Shown piece after piece: positions 1 through 13,032 of a stretch of DNA of 60,000 nucleotides. The DNA is from Lama glama. Taxonomy: Eukaryota. Position 1 is the stretch's first letter. Each line of letters opens with the position of its first letter. The DNA is taken from the NCBI GenBank assembly GCA_028534125.1, contig CM052832.1, forward strand, positions 12,588,001-12,648,000. Direction: 5' to 3'. The notes under the pieces were generated by a model. It worked only from the letters and a program-made list of their open reading frames with translations. It was not told where the DNA came from and made no database searches. Position numbers and translations under genes: made by a program.

Positions 1-326
1 TGCCAGCTTCCAGTCTTGCCTTCAAACAGGCCTGGTTCCCAGGAGCCCAGAAAGACATTTACATTGAGAGAAATACCCAAACAAAACAATTGCCTTGGAA
101 GGCTGCAGGCAATCCGGTTTAGGGGTATGAATCAATCTTGCAATAAGAGCCAAGAAGTCAGAGTAACCACCCCATGCTGTCCTTGTTCCCCAGCCCCTTA
201 GCATTTACCTGTGTAGTGGATACTTTGTGGCTGTTCCTGTATCTATTTCCTGACTCTTTTTTTTATACCCGGATCTATAACCCTGTAGAAGCAGCATCTC
301 CACTCCAGGTGAGGGGCCTGGGGGTA

Positions 327-396
327 GGGCTGTGTCTCCCCCTCAGACTCTCAGGAAAGGGCTGTGTCTCCCTTTGGACTGGGGCTCCCTGAGGGT
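327..396 (-). repeat. Short two-unit copy of the same 38-bp monomer family
   Basis: gggctgtgtctccccctcagact...ggactggggctccctgaggg is the reverse complement of the array monomer. Confidence 0.75.
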
Positions 397-1229
397 CTTT
401 ACTTTTTGGATGTCTCCAGCAGGATGCTCAGTATGATGTAGGCACTATGCCTGGCTTAATAAATATTTATTGAATTAATGAGTAAATAGTCAAGAGAACC
501 TGACTTTTCCAGTCCATTCACTCCCTTCCCTTACCTACCCAGTGGGGAAGCAGGGCTGAGTAAATCAGTGCTCCATATACCTCCTCAGGGTGGGAAGACC
601 AAGTGTTTCCAAGCTGGTGTTAAAACCAAATTACTTCTGATCTACTGAACTGTCAGCTCGAAGAAGTTAAACAAAACCTCCCCTGTCTTAATATTAGTGT
701 GGAGAAAGGGAGCTTGGGACAGCCAGGTGACCCTCACTTGGGAAATGGTAGCACCAGGTCTCCAACATAGCTCACGAGGCTCTGGAGTCAGTGCACATCT
801 GCTCATTGTGGAAATGAGAATCTGGGGCCCAGAGAGGGAAGATCTCACAAACAGGCAGGGTACAGTCTTGACACAGAGGCCAGAAAGCAGGGAGGGATGC
901 CTGTCTCTTTTGTATCCTCCAGCCTCATCATTCTAGGACTGGTATTTTCAGTAACTCACTGCTAAGTCAGTCAGTGAAAGTCTCTTTGCCTCAGTTTTCA
1001 CATCTGTAAAATGGAGGTGGCCACACATCTTAACTTACCTCACAGGGACATTTTAAGGACCAAGTAGGATAGTGCGTGTGAAATTCCTTGGAAAGTTCAA
1101 ATGGGAGGGCACCCCTGGAGCTGGTTGTAAAATAATTTACAACAGAATCCAAATAAATTGGCCTTTCAAAAGTGATCATGGTTCCCAGTCTCACAGTCTG
1201 GTGCCTTCAATTTTCATTGGTCAATTTAT

Positions 1230-1870
1230 ATGATAAGCATTTATTGAGTACCCACTAAGTGCCAGGCACTGTGCCAGATGCTAGGGATGCTGGGCACCCC
1301 TTTCAACCCATTCCTCACACAGAGCCAGAGCAGGCCTGCTAAATTAAAGTCCGATCCTGTCCCTCCTCTGTCCATTGCCCTGCCATAGCTCCCATCTTAC
1401 TCAGAGTAAAACCCAACATCTTGCAATGAGCCCCAAACCCAAATTACCTGCCCCCTTAACCTCTCTGATCTGAGCTCCTACTACTCTCCCCTCAGCTGTA
1501 GCCAAATCCTGCCCACCACTGCAGGGCCTTCTCACTTGCTGTCCCTATCTCGGCAATGCTCTTCCCCGAGAAATGGCACAGTTTGCTCTCTCTAAGGTCA
1601 TGACTCAAATGTCACTGGGATCTTCTCTGGACACCCTCTCTAACGTTTTAGCCCTCACATTTCCTACTCCTCTTCTAGATTTAGCATTTTCCTTACTATC
1701 TAAATTCTACTTATATACTATATTGTCTGTTTCTTCTCTAGGATGTTACCTCCATGAGAGCAGGAGTTCTTGTCTATTTTGTTCACATTGAATCTGCAGT
1801 GCCTAGTGGAGTGCCTGGCACGTAGCAGGAACCCTTTAAATATTTCTTAAATGAATGAATCGTGAACATA
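1230..1870. mobile_element. L2 LINE fragments (approximate)
   Basis: L2 3' hallmarks: catttattgagtacc...gtgccaggcactgtg, ctccatgagagcagg, gtgcctggcacgtagcagg...aatgaatgaat. Confidence 0.7.
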
Positions 1871-4800
1871 TGGACAGGGTCCCTGCTCTAAATCCTGCAT
1901 TCTGCAAGCAGAGAGCCTGCCATGGGTATGGGGTAGCGGTGGGGGCGGAAGTGAAGGGGGCTACAGACCTTGATGGGTGACAGAAGTCTCTATGGCCTCT
2001 CCTTTCCAAGTGTGCCTTTGCAGTATTGCAATATTACTAGTCTTAGGCAGCACGATTTATAACAGGAGTTAACTGCTTACTAATTAGCAGCTGGAACCAT
2101 TAATTGGCTATTTGTTAGAGCCAGAATTAATAAACTGGTCTTTCAGTGGGGTCATAACTCTCCCTGTTCCTCACCCCTCCCAGTCAGCCTTCCCCTACCT
2201 GACCAGAAAGTGTCTTGCCCCTAAATTGAATAAATACCTCCCACTGTGTGATTTCAGAGAATTTTCCTTGCAAGGTGATGACACTATTCCCGCAAAGACT
2301 CTTCTTTTCTCTCTCCCTCTTTCCTCTTTCAGGCTCTGACTTGCTGGAGGTGAGTGAGTGAGAGGTGGGAGGAGATGTGGGGCGCTTTCTAGTAACACAC
2401 TCTCATAGCAAAAGCCCAAAGCTGCCCTGCTTGGCCAAGGTCTGGGGCTTCTGGTTCCCCGGCCTGTCACATACCCCTTCAGTCAGCAGCTAGTTACTTG
2501 GAGTCGCTGGAGTTCCAAGGGCTGAGCTTTCTCTAGGGCACAATACTGGGTTTTTTCTTAGAACGCCATGGGTGGAACCGAAAAGTTGGCAGTTGAGTGC
2601 TGACCTCCAGGCAGCCCAGCTTCAGTCTGATCCTGTGCCCAGTGGCCCACTTCACAGATGCCTCAGGTCCAGCAGCCTAGCCCTCATCTCCCACCCCCTA
2701 AAAGCCCAATTTGGGGTCCACAGAATTGTTCTCTATGAAAGAATAGAATAGGAACACTTCCTGTGAAAGCATTTACTAAATCCCTAGGCCCTTACATCTC
2801 TTCTGTGGAACAGTGGGAAAGAGCAAGAGCACAGAGCCCACTTCAGCCACTCAGCAGCTGTGTGACTCACTAAATCTTTCTATGTTATTCTATGAGAATA
2901 ACAGTCCTATCTCACATCGTTGTTATGAGGATTAGTTAGTACACGTGAAGGCTTAGAACAGTGCCTGGCATGTGGTGTCAGCTAGTACTATTATTTCTCA
3001 CTTCTGTCAACAACCCTGTGAAATAGGGATCCCATTCACTTTACAGCTGGACAAGCTGTAAAGGCCTAGAGAGGTTAGTACTGGAGCTCAGGACTGATGC
3101 CTCCCATGCCCAGTGCTCTTCTCCTGGGTTGTCTCCCATTGTCAGACCCAGGGCTCTGTCAGAGGCAGCAAGCAGGGCACACCTAGGGGAGGAGAAGACT
3201 GAATTTATGTCACATGCAAGCAGGCTGTCAAGGTGTTTACACTGCATACAATTAGCTGCAGACTATTCACAAGTGGATTAGCTACAGCAAATGTTCTGTC
3301 CCAGACGCTTGAATTTGGTCCTCTGTTCCCCCTTCCCCTCCCTCTGTCCCTCCCCATCACAAGTCTTCTCTCTCTTCCAGGCCAGTGTAGGTGTTCAGAG
3401 ATAGTAAACTCACTGTCTGCTGAGAGTCAGGGGGGTCCCCTGCCAGTAATGAACCCTAAAGCCAAAGAGGAGCAATTAACTGCTATTTGGGGTTGGACTA
3501 GCTAACTGAAAAATAGGAAAACAGTTTCCCATGGCATGGATAAGTACTTAGTCAACTCAAAATGGGCAAAGCCAAGGAGGGTGGGAATCACTGTGATCAC
3601 TCCCTGAGAGCTTCCTGGAGGAGGTAAGTATTTTCAAATAAAGGGAAGAAGATGACAATAAAAGAAGCTACTCACCCTCAACTAGTACTACTTCCTTTTC
3701 AGACTGGATGGGGAAGGTGGGTGGGAAGATGCCTGATAGCTTTATATCTCTGTGGGGCAGAAACTGACTTTTCTCTTTGGTTAGGGGCTGGGGGTGGGGT
3801 GTAGAAAGGACGGCTGCATTGAGGGTATCCTAGGTCTGTGGTATCTGGCCTATGATGGGAATCATTCATTCATTCATTCATTTAACAGATCTTCAGCTGA
3901 CATCTGCTGGGTGCTCAGCACTAAGTTGGGTCTTGTTCCCCTTATTCAACCTTGGACCCACAGGAAAGGAAAGAGAAAAAAAGGTTGAAGGGATGAAGGA
4001 GGCACAATCAAGTGGAGAAGGGCTGAAGAGTAAGATTCTTCAGACGTTCTTGGACTTTCTGAGATAGAAAGGGAACTGAGGAAGTGTCACCTGATAGAAT
4101 GCCCCTACTGCCTGGAATTTCTCTGGACACCTCCCACCCCGTCCCCCTCCCGCTATTGGGGGCACGTGTTCCTCTGGGGATCAGTCCCTGGAGGGTCTGG
4201 AGAGGAGAGACCCAGCAGGAAATGAGCCTGGGAAAGGGTGGCTTATTATTTTTAAAATTTGTTTTAATTCACATCCTGAAAAATTAAAAAAATTTTTAGT
4301 GTGCTTTGAGTTTTGACAAATGCAGAGTCTTGGACCACCGTCACAGCCAAGATGTTAAACAGTTCTGGGGGATGGGGGTAAGAGGGTCTGTAATCTCCCC
4401 ATTTGTGAGCTGCTGCGGTTTTCCGCGCTCCTACCCGCCGCTCTAACACAATTCTTGCACACACGCCGAGATACAATAACGGCGACAGGTGGAGCAGGTG
4501 AGATTAGCAGGACCAGGGTAGGGGGATGCGATCGGAGGTGCGGCGGAGGACGCCCGCCTTGCTTCCTAGCCTTTACCTCTCCCCGCTGGCGTTTGGGAGG
4601 AGCGCTCTCCCCACCCCTGCTCCCAGAGGGCCAGAATGAGGTAGCGGAGTCCGGGAGTGCAGGACCCCCGCAGCTAGAGCGGGCCCCTGGCTTGACAGCC
4701 GGAAGAGAGGACCCCCTGGGGCGCTTGGGGGCGCCTGAGGTCCTGAGGGCAGACAGGATGGGGAGATGGGCGAGCTGGGAAGAATGAGGGGTGGCCTGGG

Positions 4801-5408
4801 CGAGCTCTGGCTGCGGGGTCCTGAGGACAAACCTGTTGGCAGTCCATGGGCCGAGGCAAGGGCAGGAGCTCTGATCGCGCCCTCTCCGCCCCCAGCTCAG
4901 CCAGCTGCTCCGGCGGTGGCCCCCACACCGGACGCCGGGAGAGGCCGCGGCTGTCTGGAAAGGGGCGGGGCTCGGCCGGGGGCGGAGGGACTCCCGGGCG
5001 GCGCAGACAGCCCTGCAGACCGACAGCAGGCGATCGGCTCGCGCTCCTGCAGAACCCTGAGAGCCCCGGGCGCCCCGGCCTTTCCCTTCAGTCCCGCCCC
5101 CCAAAAGTGCAAAACATTTACAAAGTGTACAGTGCCCCGCAGGCTAGACTAGAGTCCCTGGGGCGATCGGCTGTGCTAGCCCAGCGAGCTTACTGGGATC
5201 GGTGCACCCGGCTCGGGCAGCGGGTCTGGGTGAGCAAGGGCGGGCGAAGAGCGGGTGTGCGAGCGCGCGGCTGCAGAGCCCGCGCCGAAACCCACGTCCC
5301 TTCGCCACTGTCCTCGGGATAGATGGATCCATTTCTGCTTCCTGACATTTTCCTGTTTGGGGTAGGGGGTGTTCTGGGGGGCGGAGAGAGGGAGAGAAGG
5401 AGGAGGGG

Positions 5409-5442
5409 GAGAGAGAGAGAATGAGACAGAGAGAGAGAAAGA

Positions 5443-5477
<35 letters not shown>

Positions 5478-5500
5478 GGGGAGAGAGAGAGAGAGAGAGG

Positions 5501-5531
<31 letters not shown>

Positions 5532-5532
5532 A
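5409..5532. repeat. Compound (GA)n-(CA)n-(GA)n microsatellite in the promoter
   Basis: Directly visible: about (AC)15 at 5444-5473, flanked by GA tracts. Confidence 0.95.
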
Positions 5533-6815
5533 AGGCAGTCTGCTTCCCCCAGCCCTGTTTTGTTTTCTCTAATTGGTCCTGGGGGAGGCGAGGAAATTGG
5601 ACAGAGGCTGGGCCGGGCGAGCTGGGCTGCCTTTAATTGGCTCCTTTTTTTTTAACTGGAGGGGAATCAAACAGGAGAGCGAGCGACAAAGGGTGGGAGA
5701 GCGAGAGACCGAACGAGAAGACGCGAGGAGGAGGAAGGAGGGAGGAGAGAGGGAGGTGGGGGGAGCGCGGAATGAAAAGCTCCGAGGGGGGAAAAAGCAG
5801 CACAGCGAAACCCAAGTTGCCGAGCGAGCGGAGCGCTCCCGCTGCCAGGAGCCCAGCGGCCGCCGCGCCCGGGAGCCCGGCCCGGCCCCGCCTGCTCTGG
5901 GCCCCCGCCCGTAGAGGCTGCCGGGCGGGGGCGGGGACCGCCAACTTGGGGCGCGGCGCTGCCCGGCTCTCCCGAGAGCGCCGAGCCCGGGAGCGCCACG
6001 GCCGTGGCCAGACGGCGGGAGCCGAGCGCGGCGAGCGGAGGCGGCGAGCGGCTCTCTCGCCGCAGCCCCGGCCTCGGCGAGAGCGCGAATATTTTTCAAA
6101 CGACTCAAACTTTCCTTCTTTCCCTGCGTTCTGGGGTTTCTCCCGTATGGAATTTCTCTATTGATTCCCGCGGGGCGCCGGGGCTCTATTCCGCCCTTGG
6201 GTTTCTCGGTGGCTCGGCTAACTTCGCGGACCCAGGGACTCGTGGCTCCCGCCCCTCGGCGGAGCCCAGCCCGCGCTGCTCCCTGGCTCAGGAGGGCCAG
6301 AGCCGGGGCTTTTCGCCTCGGAGAGGGTGCACAGCCTGACACCCTTGGGTCTAGCCATTGAGCCTCCAGCACCAGCCGCAGGACTGGAGACAGCGGATTA
6401 ACCCGAGCGGAGACCCGGCCTCCCGCCCCCGCTCCGCGGAGGGGTATCCCCTGGGCGGGGAAACGACAAGTTTGTCAGTCGTCTGTGGCCTGTTGGATCC
6501 AAACGCCTCCGCCTCCGCAGAGGGGTTCCTGGCGCCCAGAATCCCGAGAAGACAGCCCTGGGGACCGGGGGCGGCTCGGCGGCCGGGCTACTTGGGCCGG
6601 GGCGCTGGCTGCTGAGCCGGGCGCGCCGAGGCACCCGGGGCCAGGCCAGCGCCCCCTGCGTCCCCACGCGGGCAGCGGCCCCGCCGGAGGAGAAACCCGG
6701 GTCGCTGCTGCCTCCTCCGCCGCCTCCTCAGTCTCCTGGTCTGTCGCCGCCTCCTCCCCCTGGGTTGTCTCTTGGGGAAGGGCGAGACGTAAGGGGCATC
6801 GCGGGGCCCCGGCGT

Positions 6816-6875
6816 ATGAGCCCCCCGCCGCCTCTCGGGCTGCGCCGCCTCGCGGGGATGAAGCACGGGCCGTGA
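6816..6875 (+). promoter_or_regulatory. Upstream ORF MSPPPPLGLRRLAGMKHGP* with a second in-frame ATG at 6858
   Basis: ATGs at 6816 and 6858 share a frame ending at TGA 6873-6875, 2 nt before the MDGA1 ATG. Confidence 0.55.
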
Positions 6876-6877
6876 AG

Positions 6878-6944
6878 ATGGAGCTGACCTGCCTTCTACT
6901 TCTGGCGCTGATCCCCTTCCATTGCCAGGGACAAGGAGTCTACG
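6878..6944 (+). CDS. MDGA1: MDGA1 coding exon 1 (signal peptide MELTCLLLLALIPFHCQGQGVY)
   Basis: Translation matches the recalled MDGA1 N-terminus. Good Kozak context (AAGATGG), 67 nt, strong phase-1 donor G|GTAAGA. Confidence 0.95.
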
Positions 6945-9900
6945 GTAAGAGCTCGCGTCCCGCTCCACGGCGGCTTAGCATCGCGAGGAAACTTTGCAAG
7001 AGGCGCAAAGTGCGCGCTGCTCGGGTTTGGTGGGGAACCGGGCTCGGACTCTGGAATGAATGTCCGGGCACCCGCCCTTTCCCAGAGCGGGAGGAGATCG
7101 AGCTAGCTGCTTCAGATGAAGCACGGAGACAGGTCGTAGGGTCTGGCATGAAGCCGGGGATGCCAGGGGGAGGTAGTACCCACTTTCCCAAACCTTGCCA
7201 GTGGCGGGAGTGACTTGGAACTCTCGAAAGCACCCAGTTGGCTCGGGAGATCCTGACAGACCGCAAACCGGGCTCTGGGGTAGCGACTTGCACCGAAACC
7301 TCGTCCTACCATGTCTCGGCCTCAGGAGTGGAAGCCGAGCGATGCACGATCCCGAGTTGCGCCCGGCTTAAGGGCGAGCTGGCTGCCAGCACCGCGGCCT
7401 GGCAGTGGGCTCGCCTTCTCTGCTCTCGCTTGGCTTCGCTTCTTTTGCTCGCTTTTTGACAGCCCAGGCGGAGGCCGGCATCCCCTTGATCTGGCTTCTA
7501 AGAACCCAGAATCCTTTTTCTAACCTCTCCTGAGCCAGTTAGTTCTTCCTATCCCCGGTTCTCAGCTACAAAACCCCAGCCCCACCTTCCTTCTCCCTGA
7601 GCACACACACATTCAGCCACCGTCCCCAGGAAACGCAAACACTGCACGCACCCATCGGGCTGCGTGTTCAAACTCTGCCTCCTGCCACGCAGCTTTGCTA
7701 CCGCATCCCCACGCCTCGCTCTCAGGCGCGGAGGAGACTCTGGTTCTCCCTTCTCCCTTCTTTCTCGTGGGTTTTCCCAGGGAAAGGTCCCGGGAGCTGA
7801 TATCATTCGTTCAGGATCACACGGGCTCACTCCTCCCAGGGACTCTCGCTCTTGAGTTCTGGCTGCTATCAATGCACTGGCCCACAGCACGAAAATTCTT
7901 TGGGGCAACATGGACCTTACTTTACCTTCTGACTGCAGGGTGGTCTGTGTAGGTCACTTTTTAATGATGTATAGCTGGAGCGGGGAGGATTCTCTTTCCC
8001 TCTTTCTCTAAGGTTGAGGGCCTAATTATTTGCTTTTAGATCAAGAGAGGGCTTGACCTATTCTGTTGAGGGGTGGGGGCAGAGGCATTGTCCCCTCAGC
8101 TGCCAGCCTCAAGTGCAGATTCTAAATGCTTCCTTCTAGGGGTGCCTGGCCTGCCTCCCTGAGCCTGGCAAGAGGAAGGGGTGTCCTGAGGGGTGTCTGG
8201 GAGGTGACATCCTTCTGGCCCTACACAGCTAGCTGGCTTGGGCTTTATTCCCTGGGGAGGCTGGCCCAGGCATCTGGCCAAACTCTGCTTCTCAATTAGT
8301 TTGTGTGTCTCTTACTGCCTGGTCCTTTACATAGGCCAGAAAGGGAAAGAAGGAGGAAGAATGCAGCAGGGACTGAGAGAGGCTGGGTTGTGGGGAGGAG
8401 GCCGCTGAGTGGGTCCAAGAGACCTCGGCCTCCCCAAAGCAGAGGAAAGACATCAGGGTGTACAGGGAGGTCCTCTTTTTTTTCTCTTCAAGGTTTCCCT
8501 ATACCTTTACTGCCTCCCTAAGAGGTGGCCCAAGGAGGGACCCACTGAGGCTTTTGCCTTCTCACCACACCCCAGGGGCTCCAGAGAGTGAGAGGAGCCC
8601 TCCCCATTTGCTGCTGTCCTCCACCGTGCTTCTCCCTCCGAGTGCCCTTGGGCAGATCTGGCAAGCCCATCTCCTGGCCATCCCTCTCCTCTATCCACTC
8701 CCGCTTCTCCAGCCTTCTCCAGGGCTACATGGGACCCATCTTGAAGAGGCTTCCCTGAGCCTAGCCTGGAAACCCCAGCAATGAGAGCTGGGGGTGGAGC
8801 AGTGGTCTCTACGGACCTTGATTCAGAGTACTTTGGGGCCAGAAGGCTTAAAAGTCCCCCTTTCTCTGTATTTTCTCCACTTTCTCATGTGCCGGGGTCC
8901 CAGCTGCTCTCACTCAGAGCAAATCAATGTGGGCTGGGTGCACTGGGGCCAACTTGGGGCTCTTAGGTGACATTCTTTCTACCTTCCCTTCAAGAACATG
9001 GCCCCTAAAATGTCTGGGGCCTCAGGGGAATTGCAGGATGGACAGTCTTTATCAAGGTGGATGGAGAGAGGGGAATATCTAGTACGAGGAGGAGGGTGAG
9101 AGACTGCTGAGTTCCTTATGATGCTAGAAGCTTAGGCATATATAGCAGAAGGGAGAACCACTGTATCACAAGGAATAGTATGGAGAGCTAGTTCTGCCCC
9201 CCCACCCCGCCCCAAGCAGATAGAGCAGCTTGAGAAAGAGTAGGGTGTAGAGGGGAAGGATGGTCACTCATATCTGTGATTGTATGTCAGCACCCAGCAT
9301 GGTGCCTGGCACACAGCAGGAGCTGGGCAAATATTTGTTGCATGATGAAAGGCCATTGTTGGGGGGAAGTTGAGGAAATGCTTCTTGAAATTTTTTCTCC
9401 CCAAGAAGTCTGTCTAGGATGGCCTCCTGCAGGGTAGTAGGGTCTCTTTAAGAGTCTCTGCTTAGGGAGAGTGACAGAGTCCTAGGCTGGCAGCTGTAGG
9501 GAACCTCAGCTACCCTGGCAGTGAGGAGGGAGGCAGAAGGTTTTACTCAAGGCACAAAAGAAAAAAGTGTGCCCTGGGGAAGGAACATCAGCATCTTTCC
9601 AGAATGTATGGCTGAGGGAGGGCAAGCTAACATGGAAGCTGAATTGAGGAGAGAGAAGAAGAACAGGATGTGGAGGGTAAGCCCAGCAGGATCTGGCCTG
9701 GGCTGTGGGTCTCTGCTTGTGGGAAGTAGATGCCTGGAACCCTGTGCCCAACTTCCCTCTGAGTATCCTCTTGTCAGCTCTGAGGTCCACTGTCTGCAAT
9801 AGGGCTGGGGAGACACTCTCAGTCTGGCTTTGCTCTTCTTTGGGGCACAGATGCTACAGCAGTGGAGCACTGGACCAGATGGTCCAGTTGGAGCCAGTCC

Positions 9901-12900
9901 CCTCTTCCCTCCCGCCTCCCAATCTCCTGGCCCAGTTTGTTGTGCTCCAGGGTGGATACTGTAATCTGCTTTCTGGCAAGCCAGTGGGGTGGGCTGGCCC
10001 CAGAGACCTAGTTCTGGGGCAAAGATAGTAGCCAGGTGATGGAGGAATATTCTGTAAGTGAATAACATCAGAGAACACCCCCTCCTCCATCCTGGCTTCC
10101 TCTCCTCCTCCCATGGCTTCTGGACTTCCAGCCAGTGTCAGGTCCATGGGACTCCTCTCCCTTACAAAAACACAACAAACCCCTGGATTATTTAATATGC
10201 AGGAGTGGGAATTGACATTATCCTTAAGACAGGTTGTTTGCAACTTACTGGTGGAAGTCAAAATATTTCACCAAAGGTGTCATCAGAAACTACTATCCTA
10301 TGCTAATTTTTGTGGGAACATGAAGACAGATGTTGAATAATTTGACAAGAGCAACATAGCTTACAGAATTATCACCAAGTCAGGTTTTTTTCCCTCCTCT
10401 GAGGGGTGCGGAGAGGGCATTTCAGAAAGTGTGTCTCCCAGTGCCGTCTTCTGGGTGTTGCTCTGGTTGTGGGCACTCTCTGGATTTTTCATTAGAGTTT
10501 CTACCCCATGCCTTGAAAACTGGCTTTCCCCTGGAGAAGGAAGGCATTGCATCAGGAACTCTGGCCCCACAAGGCATACAGAAGGCTTGGGATTTTCTAA
10601 AAGCTCTCAAGAAGGTCCCTGCCTCTGTCCCATCTTCCTTCTCAGTTATAGAAACTGCATGAGGGAGAGAGAGGGCCTTGTGTCCACAAAACCTATGCTG
10701 TTCTGTTTGCATTGTCAGCATTGTCTGCACCCCTCCCCAGGCCCTGCCCTGCTAAGTTGAAGTCGTCCCCTGAGCCAGTCTGAGAGCTCCCCAGGCCCAA
10801 TGCCAGGCAGGAGAACCCCTCTTCAGGTCAAGATCCACATGATGTCCCATCCTTCACTGCAGGCTGGTAATCTGTGCTTCCTGTCTGAGGGGGCTCTGGA
10901 GAATGGGGGAGGGGTGGTTAAAGACGATTTCATTAGCCAGGAAAGCACCTTTGACGGGCAGGCTGGGGCCATGCCAAGGGCCTACTTGTAATTGGCCAGG
11001 CCTTGCTGTGAGCTCCTGGGGCCAGGGTGGCGAAGCTTCGTTTAGAGCCTGGTATTAGCTCTGCTTTGCTGGAACATGAAGGGACGGGCGGGGGGGCTCC
11101 ATAGGGAGAATGGAGGGAGCTAATCACAGCCGCCAAGGCCCAGCAAATGAATGATGCAGGAAATCAATACCTGGGGGCGGGAGTGGAAATCCGGGCAGTG
11201 GTAGCAGCCACGGCTTCTCTGGCTGCCCAGGAGGCATGGGCAGGCCTGAGAGGAGTGAGACATAAGCAGGAATGTGGGACCCGCCCTCTCCCCAACATCC
11301 TCCCCTCTTCCCCTTCATCTCCCTTCCTCTCCCTCACTCCTACCTTTCATCTCCTTGTGGCTGGGCTCAGGGAGGTTGCCGGGGAGATGCCTCACCCAGC
11401 CATAACAGAGGACCTGGGAGAAGGGACCTTGGACTTCTCAGTCTTGGAGAGCCCTTCCTCGCCCTGACCTGCCTCTGGACACTGGATGCTGACTGGCCCC
11501 CGGTGTGGGGATATGTACCTGGGGACCCTGCCCTGTGTGGCTGCACTGCCACTCCAGATGTGGCCAGCAGGGGGAGGGCTTGGCCACCACATTGCTTGCC
11601 TTTCCTGGGCTCCCTTGGCCTCTCGCCTCCCAGTAGGATAAGAGTTATTCCAATTCCTTAGCCTGGGGCCCATCAGACCTCCTTGGGGCCTTCTGAAGCT
11701 CAAGACCTCTGTCCAGCTCCTGTGTCTCCACCCCAGTGTCCTAGGGCATTCACCAGGGGCCAAAACCACACTTCCTGCACCCTAGCCTGGAGAAGAGCTC
11801 TCTGGTGGGGCTTGGCTGAGTTGGCTTCTGCCCGGGCAGGGCTGTGTGCAGAGCAGGGGCTCGTGACTTGGCAGAACTGACTCTTTGTGAACCTGGGTGC
11901 GGCCCTTCTGCATCTTTCTCCCCAGTTGTCAGAAGACCTTGCTTTGCAGGCACATAACTGCTGATGGTTGGAACTAGGTATTAAGGGACCCCAATTGCTT
12001 TGAAATGCTGATTTGGAAGGCAAAAGCAATGCTTAACTCAAAGGAATGAACCTTTTTTTTTTAAACAGTACAATCTCCCCTTTCCACAAGTCTATGCGTA
12101 ACATGTGCTCTTTGCAAAAACAATCGTAGAAAACATAAAAATATAAGGAAGAAAGCAAAACTTACTTGGCATTCTGCTCTGCATTTGATGGTGATTCTTT
12201 CAGGCATCTTTCTGTGCAAAGAGGAATGAACTTTTTAGGGAGAATCGTTGGTTATAACTATAGTATCTTATAGGTATGTAAGTGCCGTGTGCATTGCCAA
12301 GCATTTTCATGCCTCTGCCTCCTTTGATTCCATAACATTCTGAGAGGTCAGCACAGCAGGTCCTATTGTCTGCATTTAATAGATGGGGAAACAGGTTCTA
12401 AGAGTTTAAGTGATGTGCTCAAGGTTATACAGCTGGTAAGAAGTGGCTTGGAGACTTGATCCCAGGGGATCTTCTGATTTGGGTATAGGAAAACAATATG
12501 GTGTTCCTCTCACCACTCATTAAATATTTACTGAATACCTCCCTTGAGCAAGGCCCAGTTCTGAGCACTGACAGGGCTACCGAGATAAATAAGATGGAGG
12601 CTCTGCTCTCAAGGAGAACAGGAGAAGAATCACAGACAAGATGGTGGTTCCTGGAAGATCTCGATAAATGCCATTTGGCAAGGGCAGGTGAAAGGCTGTG
12701 GGAATTTGAAGGGGGCGGAAATTACTTCCAAGGCCTTGTGGAGGAGGGGGCATTGGAACTGGTCTTGACAAATGGAAGTGAGGACTGAGAAGGACATTCC
12801 AGGTGGAGTGCTCATTGTGGCAGAAGCTTGGAGAGTAAAGAACCTGGTGTGCATGGGGAAAGTGAGTCGTTCATTTGGGCTGGAGCATAGGTTAAAAGGG

Positions 12901-12907
12901 AATCAGG

Positions 12908-13032
12908 ATGGAAAAGAATCTAAAAAGAAAAAATATATATGTATGTATATGTATAACTGAATCACTTTGCTGTGCACCTGAAACTGACATTGTAAATCAA
13001 CTACACTTCAATAAAAATTTTTTTAAAAAAAG
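12908..13032 (+). mobile_element. Short 5'-truncated L1 3' end with target-site duplication
   Basis: tataactgaatcactttgctgtgcacctgaaact...caataaaa plus A tail. Flanked by aaagggaatcagg (12895-12907) and aaaggaaatcagg (13033-13045). Confidence 0.75.

Larger units (their letters stand above)
4400..7900. promoter_or_regulatory. MDGA1: CpG island / promoter and 5'UTR region of MDGA1 (boundaries approximate)
   Basis: Very GC-rich and CpG-dense, with GC boxes such as ggggcgggg near 4961. It surrounds exon 1. The TSS cannot be fixed from sequence alone. Confidence 0.85.

Noticed and set aside
6485..6877. Open in-frame extension upstream of the MDGA1 ATG
   Set aside because: It has a non-ATG start, would bury the signal peptide, and is explained by GC content.
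6878..6944. Exon 1 as a second MDGA paralogue or duplicated gene facing MDGA1
   Set aside because: No further + strand MDGA exons were found in 6945-27015. It complements the missing 5' end of the - strand gene and a gap separates the two, so one mis-scaffolded gene is simpler.
4355..7293. Many long overlapping ORFs (up to 267 aa) on both strands
   Set aside because: Expected in a GC-rich CpG island where stops are rare. Products are low-complexity R/G/P/A, and only 6878-6944 matches a real protein.
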